A DNA stretch of 64,000 nt from NCBI RefSeq assembly GCF_006345805.1, contig NC_043026.1:3348001-3412000 (forward strand), written 5' to 3'. The stretch comes from Octopus sinensis (Eukaryota). The position numbers were made by a program, and so were the translations under genes. Below, in pieces: positions 51,597-63,590 of the stretch (positions within the stretch are counted from its first letter, which is position 1; each line of letters starts with the position of its first letter). The notes beneath the pieces are model-generated. The model searched no databases, had not been told where the DNA came from, and saw only the letters and a list, made by a program, of their open reading frames with translations.

Positions 51597-52004
51597 TATG
51601 TAAAATCTGCAAATTTCCAAACAGAATCGAACTGTCATTTGCTTCCACGGAAATATCCGAAGTGAAATGGTTTGACTTTTGTCGAGTTATATCGAAGGAA
51701 TGCCGTCATAAGTCTTGTACTAGCTTCAGATTTGTTTGAATGAAACTGAGAGGTGCTTTAATTCTTGTCATCTCTGTGGGACGTAGCTTTCAGACCGGAA
51801 TTTAGGGCCGCCTTCCCGTTTAATCACATAGTTCTTTATTGACGAATGGAAATTACTCTCCAGTATTTATATGGAATTGAATTTGGTAAAATGAACGAGA
51901 ACCAAATGAAAATATCTTTGGAATTGACGCTTTAATACGTCTCCAGGAAAGGTATTTGACCGCTCTTGTCATTTTATCAAGAGCAAGTAGTAAAAGAAAT
52001 CAGT

Positions 52005-52460
52005 TTTAAGTGAAAAAATGTTTCCGAAAGTCATGGGAGCTGTGCTGTTTTCTGATTTTGTAAATAAGCCGACAGGTGGAGTTTGAAAAGGGGCTCAGAG
52101 TTATTGTTAATGAGATGGTTAATAATTTTATGGGTGTCTGCATATGCAGTAATGTACAAATGTCTGGGAAGTGAACAGTGTATGAGTCAGATATATGCTT
52201 GCGTGTGTATGGAGGGGAGAAAATCAGGTGTAGTGTTGGCGAATCTCAGGAAGCATGGAAGATTTGAAGGATGCAGTGCTCCAACAACTAACTACTGATG
52301 CCGGCAGTTTGTTCCATGCTTCAGCAACTCTCAGCGTGAAAAAATGTTTCCTAAAGTCATGGGAGCTGTGCTGTTTTCTGACTTTGTAAATATGTCCACG
52401 GGTGTTAGACAGGTGGAGTTCAAAAAGGGGCTCAGAGTTATTGTTTGTAAGATGGTTAAA
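52005..52460 (-). mobile_element. Two adjacent CR1-type 3' fragments
   Basis: Minus strand LSNTRGHIYKVRKQHSSHDFRKHFFTLRVAEAWNKLPASVV; same family as 33985-34480. Confidence 0.8.
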
Positions 52461-52479
52461 TGAAGGGCACATGTCAATC

Positions 52480-52766
52480 CCAACATCCGAATCGTAGCCG
52501 AAGCCAGTGCCGCCTCGACTGGCTTCCATAAAATGCACCAATCCGACCGTGGCCGATGCCAGCCTCGCCTGGCACCAGTGCAGGTGGCACGTAAAAAGCA
52601 CCCACTACACTCACGGAGTGGTTGGCGTTAGGAAGGGCATCCAGCTGTAGAAACTTTGCCAGATAAGACCGGAGCCTGGTGCAGCCTTCTGGCTTCCCAG
52701 ATCCCCGGTCGAACCGTCCAACCCATGCTAGCATGGAGAACGGACGTTAAATGATGATGATGATGA
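52480..52766 (+). mobile_element. Family C retroelement
   Basis: GGTGGCACGTAAAAAGCACCCACTACACTCACGG..GGAAGGGCATCC..ATGATGATGATGATG. Confidence 0.8.
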
Positions 52767-53619
52767 TCTTTGTGGGAATATCTCATTCAACCATAATAAA
52801 TATGAAGACAGCCAAATAGAAACTGAAGAACATCTACACCACTTTCTGCATCGAATGTTTGTTTCTTGATATAGAGAAAGGGAACAAAACTTAGTAGGTG
52901 GGGCAAAATGAGTAATTTCTTTCACCTTTTTTAAAATTTTTTCTCTTTTTTTTCCCTTCAGTCTTTAAAGTCATGTTTTCAGTATTGACCTCTTTGGTGG
53001 GAAACCTGACTGCTGAGAAGCAAGCAGATGACTTAGTGGCAACTGAGAGGAGAGAAACAGCCCTATAATTGTTGCAGTTGTGGTAGGCTCCTTTACCCTC
53101 CTACAATGGGATAATGACACCTCTTTCCCTGTCAGGCTTTTCTAATTCCAATCAACAGAACAGCCTACTCTTCAAATTAACATGTAAGTGGCTGAGCACC
53201 CCACAGACACGCTCACCCATAACGGAGCTCTCACATATTAAGCATGTGACCATGTGATAAGGCTGGCCCTTCAAATTACTCGTACAATTCAGTTTTGTCA
53301 GCTGAGTGAACCTGGAGCAACATGTCTTGCTCAACAACACAGCACACTGCTGGGAATTGGAATTATGACCTTATTAGGAGCTGATTGCTCAGACCACTAA
53401 CCCCAATACCTTCACATACACACACATGTATATACATACACATACATATATATTAACGTGTAAGCATATATATATATATATATGTTTCCAGGTTCAATCC
53501 CACTGCGTACCTACTTAGGCAAGTATTTTATACAATAGACATTAGCCGACCAAATCCTTGTGATTGGATTTGGTAGATAGAAACTGAAGGAAGCCCAATA
53601 TATATATATATATATATAT

Positions 53620-53849
53620 ATCACAATCAAGGAACGGCCATAATAGGCCATTCACCCACTAGAAATAACAGCCAAAGCTTCAACCGCAAATAACATTAAT
53701 TCCGCAAACCAGGAGAAAATTAAAAAACATTTACCCTGTAATTTTTAATTTTCTCCTGGTTTGCGGAATTAATGTTATTTTGCGGTTGAAGCTTTGGCTG
53801 TTATTTCTAGTGGGTGAATGGCCTATTATGGCCGTTCCTTGATTGTGAT
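53620..53849. repeat. Near-perfect palindrome, ~107-bp arms, 15-nt loop
   Basis: 53620-53726 is the reverse complement of 53742-53849 with a single 1-nt indel; loop ACATTTACCCTGTAA. Confidence 0.95.
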
Positions 53850-54809
53850 GTTGAACTTATAAATGGTCTATGACTATTTAATTTTTTCCCACTAGGCCGC
53901 TGGTGGCAAAGAAATTCTACAAAATTTTTTTGCCACCCTATATTGATTAATATATTATATATATATATATATATATTAATGAGTATTTATGTGTATATAC
54001 ATATATATCTCTGTGTGTCTTTGTGACTGTTTGACGCCCCACCAACACTTGATAACCAGTGTTGGTGTGTATATGTCACCATTATTTAGTGGTTTCACAA
54101 AAGAGGCCAATATAAGTACTAGGCTCAAAAGTGAAGTCCTAGGGTTGATTTGATCAACTAACACCTTCTAAGGTGATGCTCCAGTATAGCCACAGCCAAA
54201 ACAACTGATACAAGGAAAAGTATATATATATATACATATATATATATGTGTGTGTGTGTGTGTGAATGTGTAGCTGGAGTTTAAAAATATGTTAGCTTCA
54301 CAGAAGATTTTCTGATGTAAATTCTAATAAATTAGAAAGTTCTGTTGTTCAGTTAAATGTTTATTTCTAGAATTTATCTCTATGGAAATGTTGAATCTGT
54401 ATTTTTTAAGTAGCCTCTCTATCTTACACTGTTGTTTCTTTATTATTTCAGAATATCAGATGACATTGGCATAACTGAAGATACATCCTCATTATTTATC
54501 ATCTTTTTAAAGACCAAAATGGAAATATTGTACAGAACAGATATATAAGATTGTTTCTCTAAATCTATGGCAGAATTCCTCTGATATATTTACTCTGAAA
54601 AGTATTATTAGCAAACCTTCTGGACATCACTGGCTGGAGTGTCTACAAGATGAGTCTTTGTTCAAACTAAACTTGGATAAATTTACTAAAGAACTTTGGG
54701 ACAAAGGTGATAAGGGACAGAAATAGAGCAGTCGAAATATTTGGAAACAAAATACTATAGAATCAAAAAGGTGAAAAAAGATATATACTGTGATTTTTGA
54801 AGAAAAATA

Positions 54810-55925
54810 ATGGAAAAGAGTGAGAAAATAAAGAAACTGATTTTTCCAGAAAATAGAGAAAAAGGGAGCCAAAAATTGTCACATGAGTGTGATGTCTGTA
54901 AAAAGTCTTTCTCTCAAAAGAGCAGCTTGAATACGCACAAACGTATTCATAGAGGAGAGAAGCCATTTCATTGTGACATTTGTGATAAATCATTCTCTCA
55001 GAGTTGTAACTTGAGTACACACAAACGTATTCATACAGGAGAGAAGCCATTTCACTGTAATGTCTGTAGTAGGTCATTCTCTAACCACAATGCTTTAAAT
55101 TCTCATATACGTGTTCATACAGGGGAGAAGCCATTTCACTGTGACACTTGTGGTAAATCATTCTCTATAAATGTTTCACTGACTAAACACAAACGTATTC
55201 ATACTGGAGAGAAGCCATATCACTGTGATGTCTGTGGTAAATCATTCACTCAAAATGGTAATTTATCTATACACAAGCAAATTCATACAGGAGAGAAGCC
55301 ATTTCACTGTGATGTCTGTGGTACATCATTCTCTCAGCGGAGTTCTTTAGATTCTCACAAGCGTTTTCATACAGGAGAGAAGCCATTTCACTGTGACATC
55401 TGTGACAAATCATTCCGGGGAAAAGACAGCTTGACCAAACACCGACGTATTCATATAGGAGATAAGCCATATGACTGTGACATTTGTGGTATATCATTCC
55501 CTCAGAAAGGTAGCTTGACTTCACACAAACGTATTCATACTGGAGAAAAGCCGTTTCACTGTAATGTCTGCAGTGCATCATTCTCTCAGCAAAGTGCCTT
55601 GGAGTCTCACATACGTGTTCATACAGGAGAGAAGCCATTTCACTGTGACATCTGTGGTAAATCTTTCCCTCAAAGTAATAACTTGACTATACACCAACTT
55701 GTTCATACAGGAGAGAAACCGTTTCACTGTGACACTTGTGGTAAATCATTCTCTCAAAAAAGTAACTTGACTAGGCACATACGTGTTCATACAGCAGAGA
55801 AGCCCTATCACTGTGATATCTGTGGTACATCATTCTCAGACCAAAGTGTTTTAAAATGTCACAAACGTAATCATGCCAGCGAGAGGCCTTATCACTGTGG
55901 TGTACTCGTATACATGCTCATATAG
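54810..55925 (+). CDS. C2H2 zinc-finger protein (ZNF gene 3), 371 aa, 12 fingers
   Basis: Intact ORF with TGEKP-linked fingers; N-terminus MEKSEK..LIFPE..EK..KLSH homologous to genes 1 and 2; acceptor ending 54451. Confidence 0.93.
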   Translation: MEKSEKIKKLIFPENREKGSQKLSHECDVCKKSFSQKSSLNTHKRIHRGEKPFHCDICDKSFSQSCNLSTHKRIHTGEKPFHCNVCSRSFSNHNALNSHIRVHTGEKPFHCDTCGKSFSINVSLTKHKRIHTGEKPYHCDVCGKSFTQNGNLSIHKQIHTGEKPFHCDVCGTSFSQRSSLDSHKRFHTGEKPFHCDICDKSFRGKDSLTKHRRIHIGDKPYDCDICGISFPQKGSLTSHKRIHTGEKPFHCNVCSASFSQQSALESHIRVHTGEKPFHCDICGKSFPQSNNLTIHQLVHTGEKPFHCDTCGKSFSQKSNLTRHIRVHTAEKPYHCDICGTSFSDQSVLKCHKRNHASERPYHCGVLVYMLI

Positions 55926-56620
55926 GATAGAAACCATATCATTTGTAGTAAATCCTTCTCTCAAAGTAGTGCTTAACTTCTCACAAACATTTTCATTCAA
56001 GAGAGACACCATATTCCTGTAACATCTCTTCTCTTTCATCAGTGCTTTAACTCATGAAGGTATTCATACAAAAGCCATGTTACTGTGACATCATCATCAT
56101 CATTTAACGTCTGCTTTTCATGCTAGCATGGGTTGGACGGTTCGACCGGGAATCTGGGAAGCCAGAAGGCTGCACCAGGCTCCAGTCTGATCTGGCAGTG
56201 TTTTTACCGCTGGATGCCTTCCTAATGCCAACCACTCCGTGAGTGTAGTGGGTGCTTTTTACGTGCCAGGGGAAGCTGGCAACGGCCATGATCGGATTGG
56301 TGCTTTTTACGTGCCACCGGCACGGAAGCCAGTCTAGGCATCTGTAACAAATATTTCTCTTTTAATAGTAAGCTAATTTATTGAGACACCCTATTCCTGT
56401 GATGTCTGTGATAAATAATTCTCCCTAAATGACAAATCAGAAACTCACAGACATTTTCACACAGAAGAGAAACCATATCACAATGATATCTGTGGGGAAA
56501 TCATTCACTATGAGTTCTCGCTTATCTGATCACAGACATATCCATACAAGAAGTCATTCACTCAAAATAGCAAATTACCTTCTCACAAACGAGATCATGG
56601 CAGGGCTGAAGTGTTCCCAC
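55926..56620 (+). pseudogene. Decayed zinc-finger units downstream of the ZNF gene 3 stop, interrupted by a family C element
   Basis: Finger-like DNA (GAAACCATATCA..AAATCATTC..CACAAAC) with stops and indels at 55926-56090 and 56380-56620. Confidence 0.7.
56090..56340 (-). mobile_element. Family C retroelement
   Basis: CATCATCATCATCATTTAACGTC..GGATGCCTTCCTAATGCCAACC..TTTTTACGTGCC twice. Confidence 0.75.
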
Positions 56621-56664
56621 TGATATTTGTGCTAAAACATTCCCTGTAAGTGACGACTTAACCC

Positions 56665-56880
56665 TTTACTATACTCTTTACTCTTTTACTTGTTTCAGTC
56701 ATTTGACTGTGGCCATGCTGGAGCACTGCCTTTAGTCGAGCAAATTGACCCTGGGACTTTGTAAGCCCAGTACTTATTCTATCGGTCTCTTTTGCCGAAC
56801 CGCTAAGTGACGGGGACGTAAACACACCAGCATCGGTTGTCAAGCAATGCTAGGGGACAAACACAGACACACAAACATAT

Positions 56881-56911
<31 letters not shown>

Positions 56912-57083
56912 CATATATACGACAGGCTTCTTTCAGTTTCCATCTACCAAATCCACTCACAAGGCATTGGTCGGCCCAAGGCTATAGTAGAAGACACTTG
57001 CCCAAGATTCCACGCAGTGGGACTGAACCTGGAACCATGTGGTTGGTGAGCAAGCTACTTACCACACAGCCACTCCTGCGCCC
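56665..57083 (-). mobile_element. SINE family A, full length
   Basis: Reverse complement of 1582-1984. Confidence 0.85.
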
Positions 57084-57303
57084 ATGTAGTTCATTCTGTC
57101 CAATGTGATGTTTATTCACGTTATTTTCAATTTGTCCTGCATTAACTCACAGCTTTCAAGTGATGACGATGTGGTTGAGTATTTTTAGAATAACATTGTA
57201 GGGTAGGTGTAAGAGGCCAACTCTGGTTAGTTTGAAAATAAAAGAGGTAGCATATTTGGGCCAGTTGTGGCTGGTTTAAATGCTAAACGGTTAACACTAG
57301 AAC

Positions 57304-57792
57304 AGTGGTTCCCAAACTTTTTAGAGTCGCGACCCACTATTTATCACACCAGTTTATGACGACCCACTTAACTCTACTGAGTAAAAGCATTAATGAAATT
57401 AAGAAATTTATTTCAGATTACATCTTCAGTGAGGCCTGTGAGAAGGATGATCCTGTCTCTTGCTACGCTCAATAATAGAATCAACATCAGGTTCAATGCG
57501 TCCTGGTGATCACTCCTATACTTTTTAAATAATTTATAAACTTACTGGGTGTATAAGGAACCTTACAGATGTTGGGGCCACAATGAAATGCAGCCTGCAC
57601 TTTTTTAAGAGGGTAGCAAAAGAGCAGAAGCATCATGAAGTCAAAAGAATCCTTTAGTCTAGTTCAGTGGTTCCCAAACTTTTTAGAGTCGTGACTCACT
57701 ATTTATCACACCAGTTTATGACGACTCACTTAACTCTACTGAGTAAAAACATTAATGAAATAAAGAAATTTATTTCAGATTACGTCTTCAGT
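57304..57792 (+). mobile_element. Two ~127-bp direct copies of a hAT/Charlie-like element end (57304-57430, 57666-57792)
   Basis: Both start CAGTGGTTCCCAAACTTTTTAGAGTC, a Charlie-type TIR start; no matching right TIR seen. Confidence 0.55.
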
Positions 57793-57804
57793 CCCTCAGT
57801 GTAG

Positions 57805-58340
57805 TAACTTGATTACACACAAACGTATTCATACTAGAGAGAAGTCTTACCACTGTGATGTCTGCAGCACATCATTCTCTGACCAAAGTGCCTTAAAGTC
57901 TTACGTCTTCATACAGGAGAGAAGCCTTATCACTGTGATGTCTGTGGTACATCATTCTCTGACCGAAGCGCTTTAAGTTCTCACATACATGTTTATACAG
58001 GGGAAAGGCCGTTTCACTGTGAAATCTGTGGCAAGTCATTCTCCGAAAGTGCTACATTGACTAGACATACACGTATTCATACAGGAGAGAAGCCATATCA
58101 TTGTGATACCTGTGGTACATCATTCTCTCAGCGAAGTGCCTTAAATTGTCACATTTGTGGTAAATCATTCTCTCAAAGTAATATCATGACTACACACAAA
58201 CGTGTCCATACAGGATAGAAGCCATATCACTGTAATATCTGTGGTAAATCATTCTATCAAAGTAGTACTTAAACTTCTCACAAACATGTTCATTCAAGAG
58301 AGACATATTCCTGTAATATCTGTGGTAAATCATTAACTTC
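57805..58340 (+). pseudogene. Zinc-finger pseudogene fragment (~6 decayed fingers)
   Basis: [54 protein letters not shown] and others, with deletions and a GGATAG stop. Confidence 0.8.
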
Positions 58341-59255
58341 TCCTGCCTTAACGTTTTTCTTATTTTATTTTACAAACAAATCCTTTCTAATGGTTTTAAC
58401 TTGTGACCTCAGTTCAAATTGTAATTGACCAATTGGAGAGACTACTCTACTTAGACTTGCTCCATTGTGGACCATAGGTGGCACCCTAGGCAGTAATTTC
58501 TGTGAGTAAATTTTCTACAGTAATTGTCTACTTTTACTTGAGTTTACTCCAATAGAATAGGTACTGCCCTTTGATAATTATGTTAGTATTTTCCTTATAT
58601 ATAGTTTCTTGATAACTTCATCATCATCGTTTAGCGTCCGCTTTCCATGCTATCATGGGTTGGACGGTTCAACTGGGGTCTGGGAAGCCAGAAGGCTGCA
58701 CCAGGCCCAGTCTGATCTGGCAATGTTTCTACGGCTGGATGCCCTTCCTAACGCCAACCACTCCGTGAGTGTAGTGGGTGCTTTTTACGTGCCACTGGCA
58801 CGGGGGCCAAGCAAGGCTGGCAAATGGCCACGATCGGATGGTGCTTTTTACGTACCACCGGCACAGAGGCCAGTCGGGGCAGCGCTGGCAACGGCCACAT
58901 TCAGATGGTTCTCTTACGTACCACCTGCACTGGTACCACAGCTGCAATTTCCATTTCCTTTCCATATATATATATAAGTTAAGTTAAGTTGGCTCAAAAA
59001 GCAAAAAGCTAGGCCATGTAGGGGGACATGGAGTTATGTACAGGGGTGTTCATGCAAAGAATTCAGGCCATTTCTGGTCAAGAGAGACCTTCAACCGAGC
59101 GGTCTTCGGCATCTTCACTATCTCGTCCGGCAGCTTATTCCACGGATCTGCAACCCGGACGATTGATAAAAATGGTAAGATAAAAGAAAGAAAGAGACCT
59201 CGATATTATGTAAATAGAGGAAATTATCTGTAAATGTAATATGTGACAATTATTC

Positions 59256-59400
59256 GGTGGCCAAGATAAAACTCATGAGTTCCGGATGCCGAGGTGGAAA
59301 TTCACACCGCCATCTCTTCAATTATGCGGCCATAACTGAAGAGATGGCGGCGTGAATTTCCATCTTGGCATCCGAAACTCAGAGTTTTATCTTGGCCACC
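59256..59400. repeat. 145-bp hairpin (copy 1)
   Basis: GGTGGCCAAGATAAAACTC...TTATG-CGGC-CATAA...GAGTTTTATCTTGGCCACC. Confidence 0.93.
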
Positions 59401-61762
59401 AATTTCCAGGGTGGAGAGAAAACATGCTTTCAACAAGTTGGCATCTTGTATATATAATAAAGTAGCAGTAATGCTCGTCATTGAGTTACTTTTACTACTT
59501 CTGGGCAGCCACGTTCAAAGTATTATTATATATATAATTTACTCCTCCTGTATGTGTGTATTTTTATAATAAAAAATATGTAATAATTGAATTAGAAAAA
59601 AGATAAATTTTATGCATGAACTTCTGTTTGTTTGTTACATGACAATAATAAAAGAATTTTATGATTTATTGTATTTATCAATCCAGTAATGGCAATTATT
59701 GATAATAAAAATAATGAAATTATTGTATACAGTGCTCGGGTGCACCACAACTTGTCAAAAGTGCGTATAAAGCATATGCAGTAATGTACAAATGTCTGGA
59801 AAGCGACCAGTGTATGAGTCAGATACATGCTTGCGTGTGTATGGAGGGGAGAAAATCAGGTGTAGTGTTGGCGAATCTCAGGAAGCATGGAAGTTTTGAA
59901 GGATGCAGTGCTCCGACAATAATAATAACAACCCTCCCTTTCCTATTTTATATCCTTCATATGTCCTTCTCTTTTACTTTGTTCTCTCTTTCCCTGTCTC
60001 CTTTTAAATGCCAACTTTAACATTTCCCTTCTTTTATATAAACATATATTATGTATGTGTGTGTGTTATATATTGTGTACGTGTATATGTATATTATGTA
60101 TGTGTATATATGTATATACTTTTATTCGTGTACTTGTTTCACTCATAAAAAAATAATGAAATTATTGTATACAGTGCTCAGGTGCACCACAACTTGTCAT
60201 AAAGTACGTATAAAGCATATGCAGTAATGTACAAATGTCTGGGAAGTGAACAATGTATGAGTCAGATACATGCTTGCGTGTGTATGGAGGGGAGAAAATC
60301 AGGTGTAGTGTTGGCGAATCTCAGGAAGCATGGAAGTTTTGAAGGATGCAGTGCTCCGACAATAATAATAACAACCCTCCCTTTCCTATTTTATATCCTT
60401 CATATGTCCTTCTCTTTTACTTTGTTCTCTCTTTCCCTGTCTCCTTTTAAATGCCAACTTTAACATTTCCCTTCTTTTATATAAACATATATTATGTATG
60501 TGTGTGTGTTATATATTGTGTACGTGTATATGTATATTATGTATGTGTATATATGTATATACTTTTATTCGTGTACTTGTTTCACTCATAAAAAAATAAT
60601 GAAATTATTGTATACAGTGCTCAGGTGCACCACAACTTGTCATAAAGTACGTATAAAGCATATGCAGTAATGTACAAATGTCTGGGAAGTGAACAGTGTA
60701 TGAGTCAGATACATGCTTGTGTGTCATGAAAGAAAAAAACATGCAATAATTGAAGTAGGAGAAAGATGAATTTCTGTTTGTTTATTAAACGATAACAATA
60801 AGTGACTTGCACATGTTATTATTTATCAATGCAGTAATGGCAATTATATAATCTATTTATATAAAATTCTTTGCCTGTCTGTTCCCAATGCATTCTCAGA
60901 CAGCTCAACCAAATTAAATCAAATTTTACACGATAATAGTATCAGACCCTGTGAGTGTTAACATGTTACTTTTTTTGGGGGGTTCATTTGCATTAAAACA
61001 ATATAACATTGGCAATGGTTTGGCATTTCATGTCAAAAGTGAAAGAATAACATCTCTATACATCATCATCATTTAGTGTCCGCTTTCCATGCTAGCATGG
61101 GTTGGACGGTTCAACTGGGGTCTGGGAAGCCAGAAGGCTGCACCAGGCCCAGTCTGATATGGCAATGTTTCTACGGTTGGATGCCCTTCCTAACGCCAAC
61201 CACTCCGTGAGTGTAGTGGGTGCTTTTTACGTGCCACCGGCACAGGTGCCAGACGGGACTGGCAAACGGCCACGGACAGATGGTGCTTTTTACGTGCCAC
61301 CGGCACGGAGGCCAGTCAGGGCGACGCTGGCAACAGCCATGTTCTGATGGTGCTTTTTACGTACCACCGGCACAGAGGCCAGTCGGGGCAGCGCTGGCAA
61401 CGGCCACATTCAGATGGTTCTCTTACGTACCACCTGCACTGGTACCACAGCTGCAATTTCCATTTCCTTTCCATATATATATAAGTTAAGTTAAGTTGGC
61501 TCAAAAAGCAAAAAGCTAGGCCATGTAGGGGGACATGGAGTTATGTACAGGGGTGTTCATGCAAAGAATTCAGGCCATTTCTGGTCAAGAGAGACCTTCA
61601 ACCGAGCGGTCTTCGGCATCTTCACTATCTCGTCCGGCAGCTTATTCCACGGATCTGCAACCCGGACGATTGATAAAAATGGTAAGATAAAAGAAAGAAA
61701 GAGACCTCGATATTATGTAAATAGAGGAAATTATCTGTAAATGTAATATGTGACAATTATTC

Positions 61763-61906
61763 GGTGGCCAAGATAAAACTCATGAGTTCCGGATGCCGAG
61801 GTGAAATTCACACCGCCATCTCTTCAATTATGCGGCCATAACTGAAGAGATGGCGGCGTGAATTTCCATCTTGGCATCCGAAACTCAGAGTTTTATCTTG
61901 GCCACC
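61763..61906. repeat. 144-bp hairpin (copy 2)
   Basis: Duplicate of 59256-59400 with a 1-bp deletion. Confidence 0.93.
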
Positions 61907-63122
61907 AATTTCCAGGGTGGAGAGAAAACATGCTTTCAACAAGTTGGCATCTTGTATATATAATAAAGTAGCAGTAATGCTCGTCATTGAGTTACTTTTA
62001 CTACTTCTGGGCAGCCACGTTCAAAGTATTATTATATATATAATTTACTCCTCCTGTATGTGTGTATTTTTATAATAAAAAATATGTAATAATTGAATTA
62101 GAAAAAAGATAAATTTTATGCATGAACTTCTGTTTGTTTGTTACATGACAATAATAAAAGAATTTTATGATTTATTGTATTTATCAATCCAGTAATGGCA
62201 ATTATTGATAATAATAATAATGAAATTATTGTATACAGTGCTCGGGTGCACCACAACTTGTCAAAAGTGCGTATAAAGCATATGCAGTAATGTACAAATG
62301 TCTGGAAAGCGAACAATGTATGAGTCAGATACATGCTTGCGTGTGTATGGAGGGGAGAAAATCAGGTGTAGTGTTGGCGAATCTCAGGAAGCATGGAAGT
62401 TTTGAAGGATGCAGTGCTCCGACAATAATAATAACAACCCTCCCTTTCCTATTTTATATCCTTCATATGTCCTTCTCTTTTACTTTGTTCTCTCTTTCCC
62501 TGTCTCCTTTTAAATGCCAACTTTAACATTTCCCTTCTTTTATATAAACATATATATGTATGTGTGTGTGTTATATATTGTGTACGTGTATATGTATATT
62601 ATGTATGTGTATATATGTATATACTTTTATTCGTGTACTTGTTTCACTCATAAAAAAATAATGAAATTATTGTATACAGTGCTCAGGTGCACCACAACTT
62701 GTCATAAAGTACGTATAAAGCATATGCAGTAATGTACAAATGTCTGGGAAGTGAACAGTGTATGAGTCAGATACATGCTTGTGTGTCATGAAAGAAAAAA
62801 ACATGCAATAATTGAAGTAGGAGAAAGATGAATTTCTGTTTGTTTATTAAACGATAACAATAAGTGACTTGCACATGTTATTATTTATCAATGCAGTAAT
62901 GGCAATTATATAATCTATTTATATAAAATTCTTTGCCTGTCTGTTCCCAATGCATTCTCAGACAGCTCAACCAAATTAAATCAATTTTACACGATAATAG
63001 TATCAGACCCTGTGAGTGTTAACATGTTACTTTTTTTGGGGGGTTCATTTGCATTAAAACAATATAACATTGGCAATGGTTTGGCATTTCATGTCAAAAG
63101 TGAAAGAATAACATCTCTATAC

Positions 63123-63590
63123 ATCATCATCATTTAGTGTCCGCTTTCCATGCTAGCATGGGTTGGACGGTTCAACTGGGGTCTGGGAAGCCAGAAGGCT
63201 GCACCAGGCCCAGTCTGATATGGCAATGTTTCTACGGTTGGATGCCCTTCCTAACGCCAACCACTCCGTGAGTGTAGTGGGTGCTTTTTACGTGCCACCG
63301 GCACAGGTGCCAGACGGGACTGGCAAACGGCCACGGACAGATGGTGCTTTTTACGTGCCACCGGCACGGAGGCCAGTCAGGGCGACGCTGGCAACAGCCA
63401 TGTTCTGATGGTGCTTTTTACGTGCCACCGGCACGGGGGCCAGGCGAGGCTGGCAACGACCGTGAATCGGATGGTGCTTTTTATGTGTCACCGGCACGGT
63501 GGACAGGCGAGGCTGGCAACGGCCACGATTGGGCGGTGCTTTTTACGTGCCACCGGCACTGGTATCACAGCTGCAATTTCCATTGATGTT
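63123..63590 (-). mobile_element. Family C retroelement with ~5 internal repeats
   Basis: GGTGCTTTTTA(C/T)GTG recurs five times after the conserved body; CATCATCATCAT tail at 63123. Confidence 0.8.

Larger units (their letters stand above)
58617..63122. repeat. Tandem segmental duplication (58617-61061 and 61062-63122) bounded by family C elements
   Basis: Near-identical blocks offset by 2506 bp (58977/61483) and 2061 bp (61062/63123); copy 1 has an extra ~443-bp internal repeat. Confidence 0.93.

Noticed and set aside
49628-51638. Mirror-image 105-122-aa ORFs in the foldback arms
   Set aside because: They lie in modular TIR sequence with homopolymer-derived Lys/Phe runs and no domain features; useful only as evidence of arm identity.
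51660-51990. Moderately GC-rich non-repeat stretch after the foldback element
   Set aside because: No open frame or recognisable motif on either strand.
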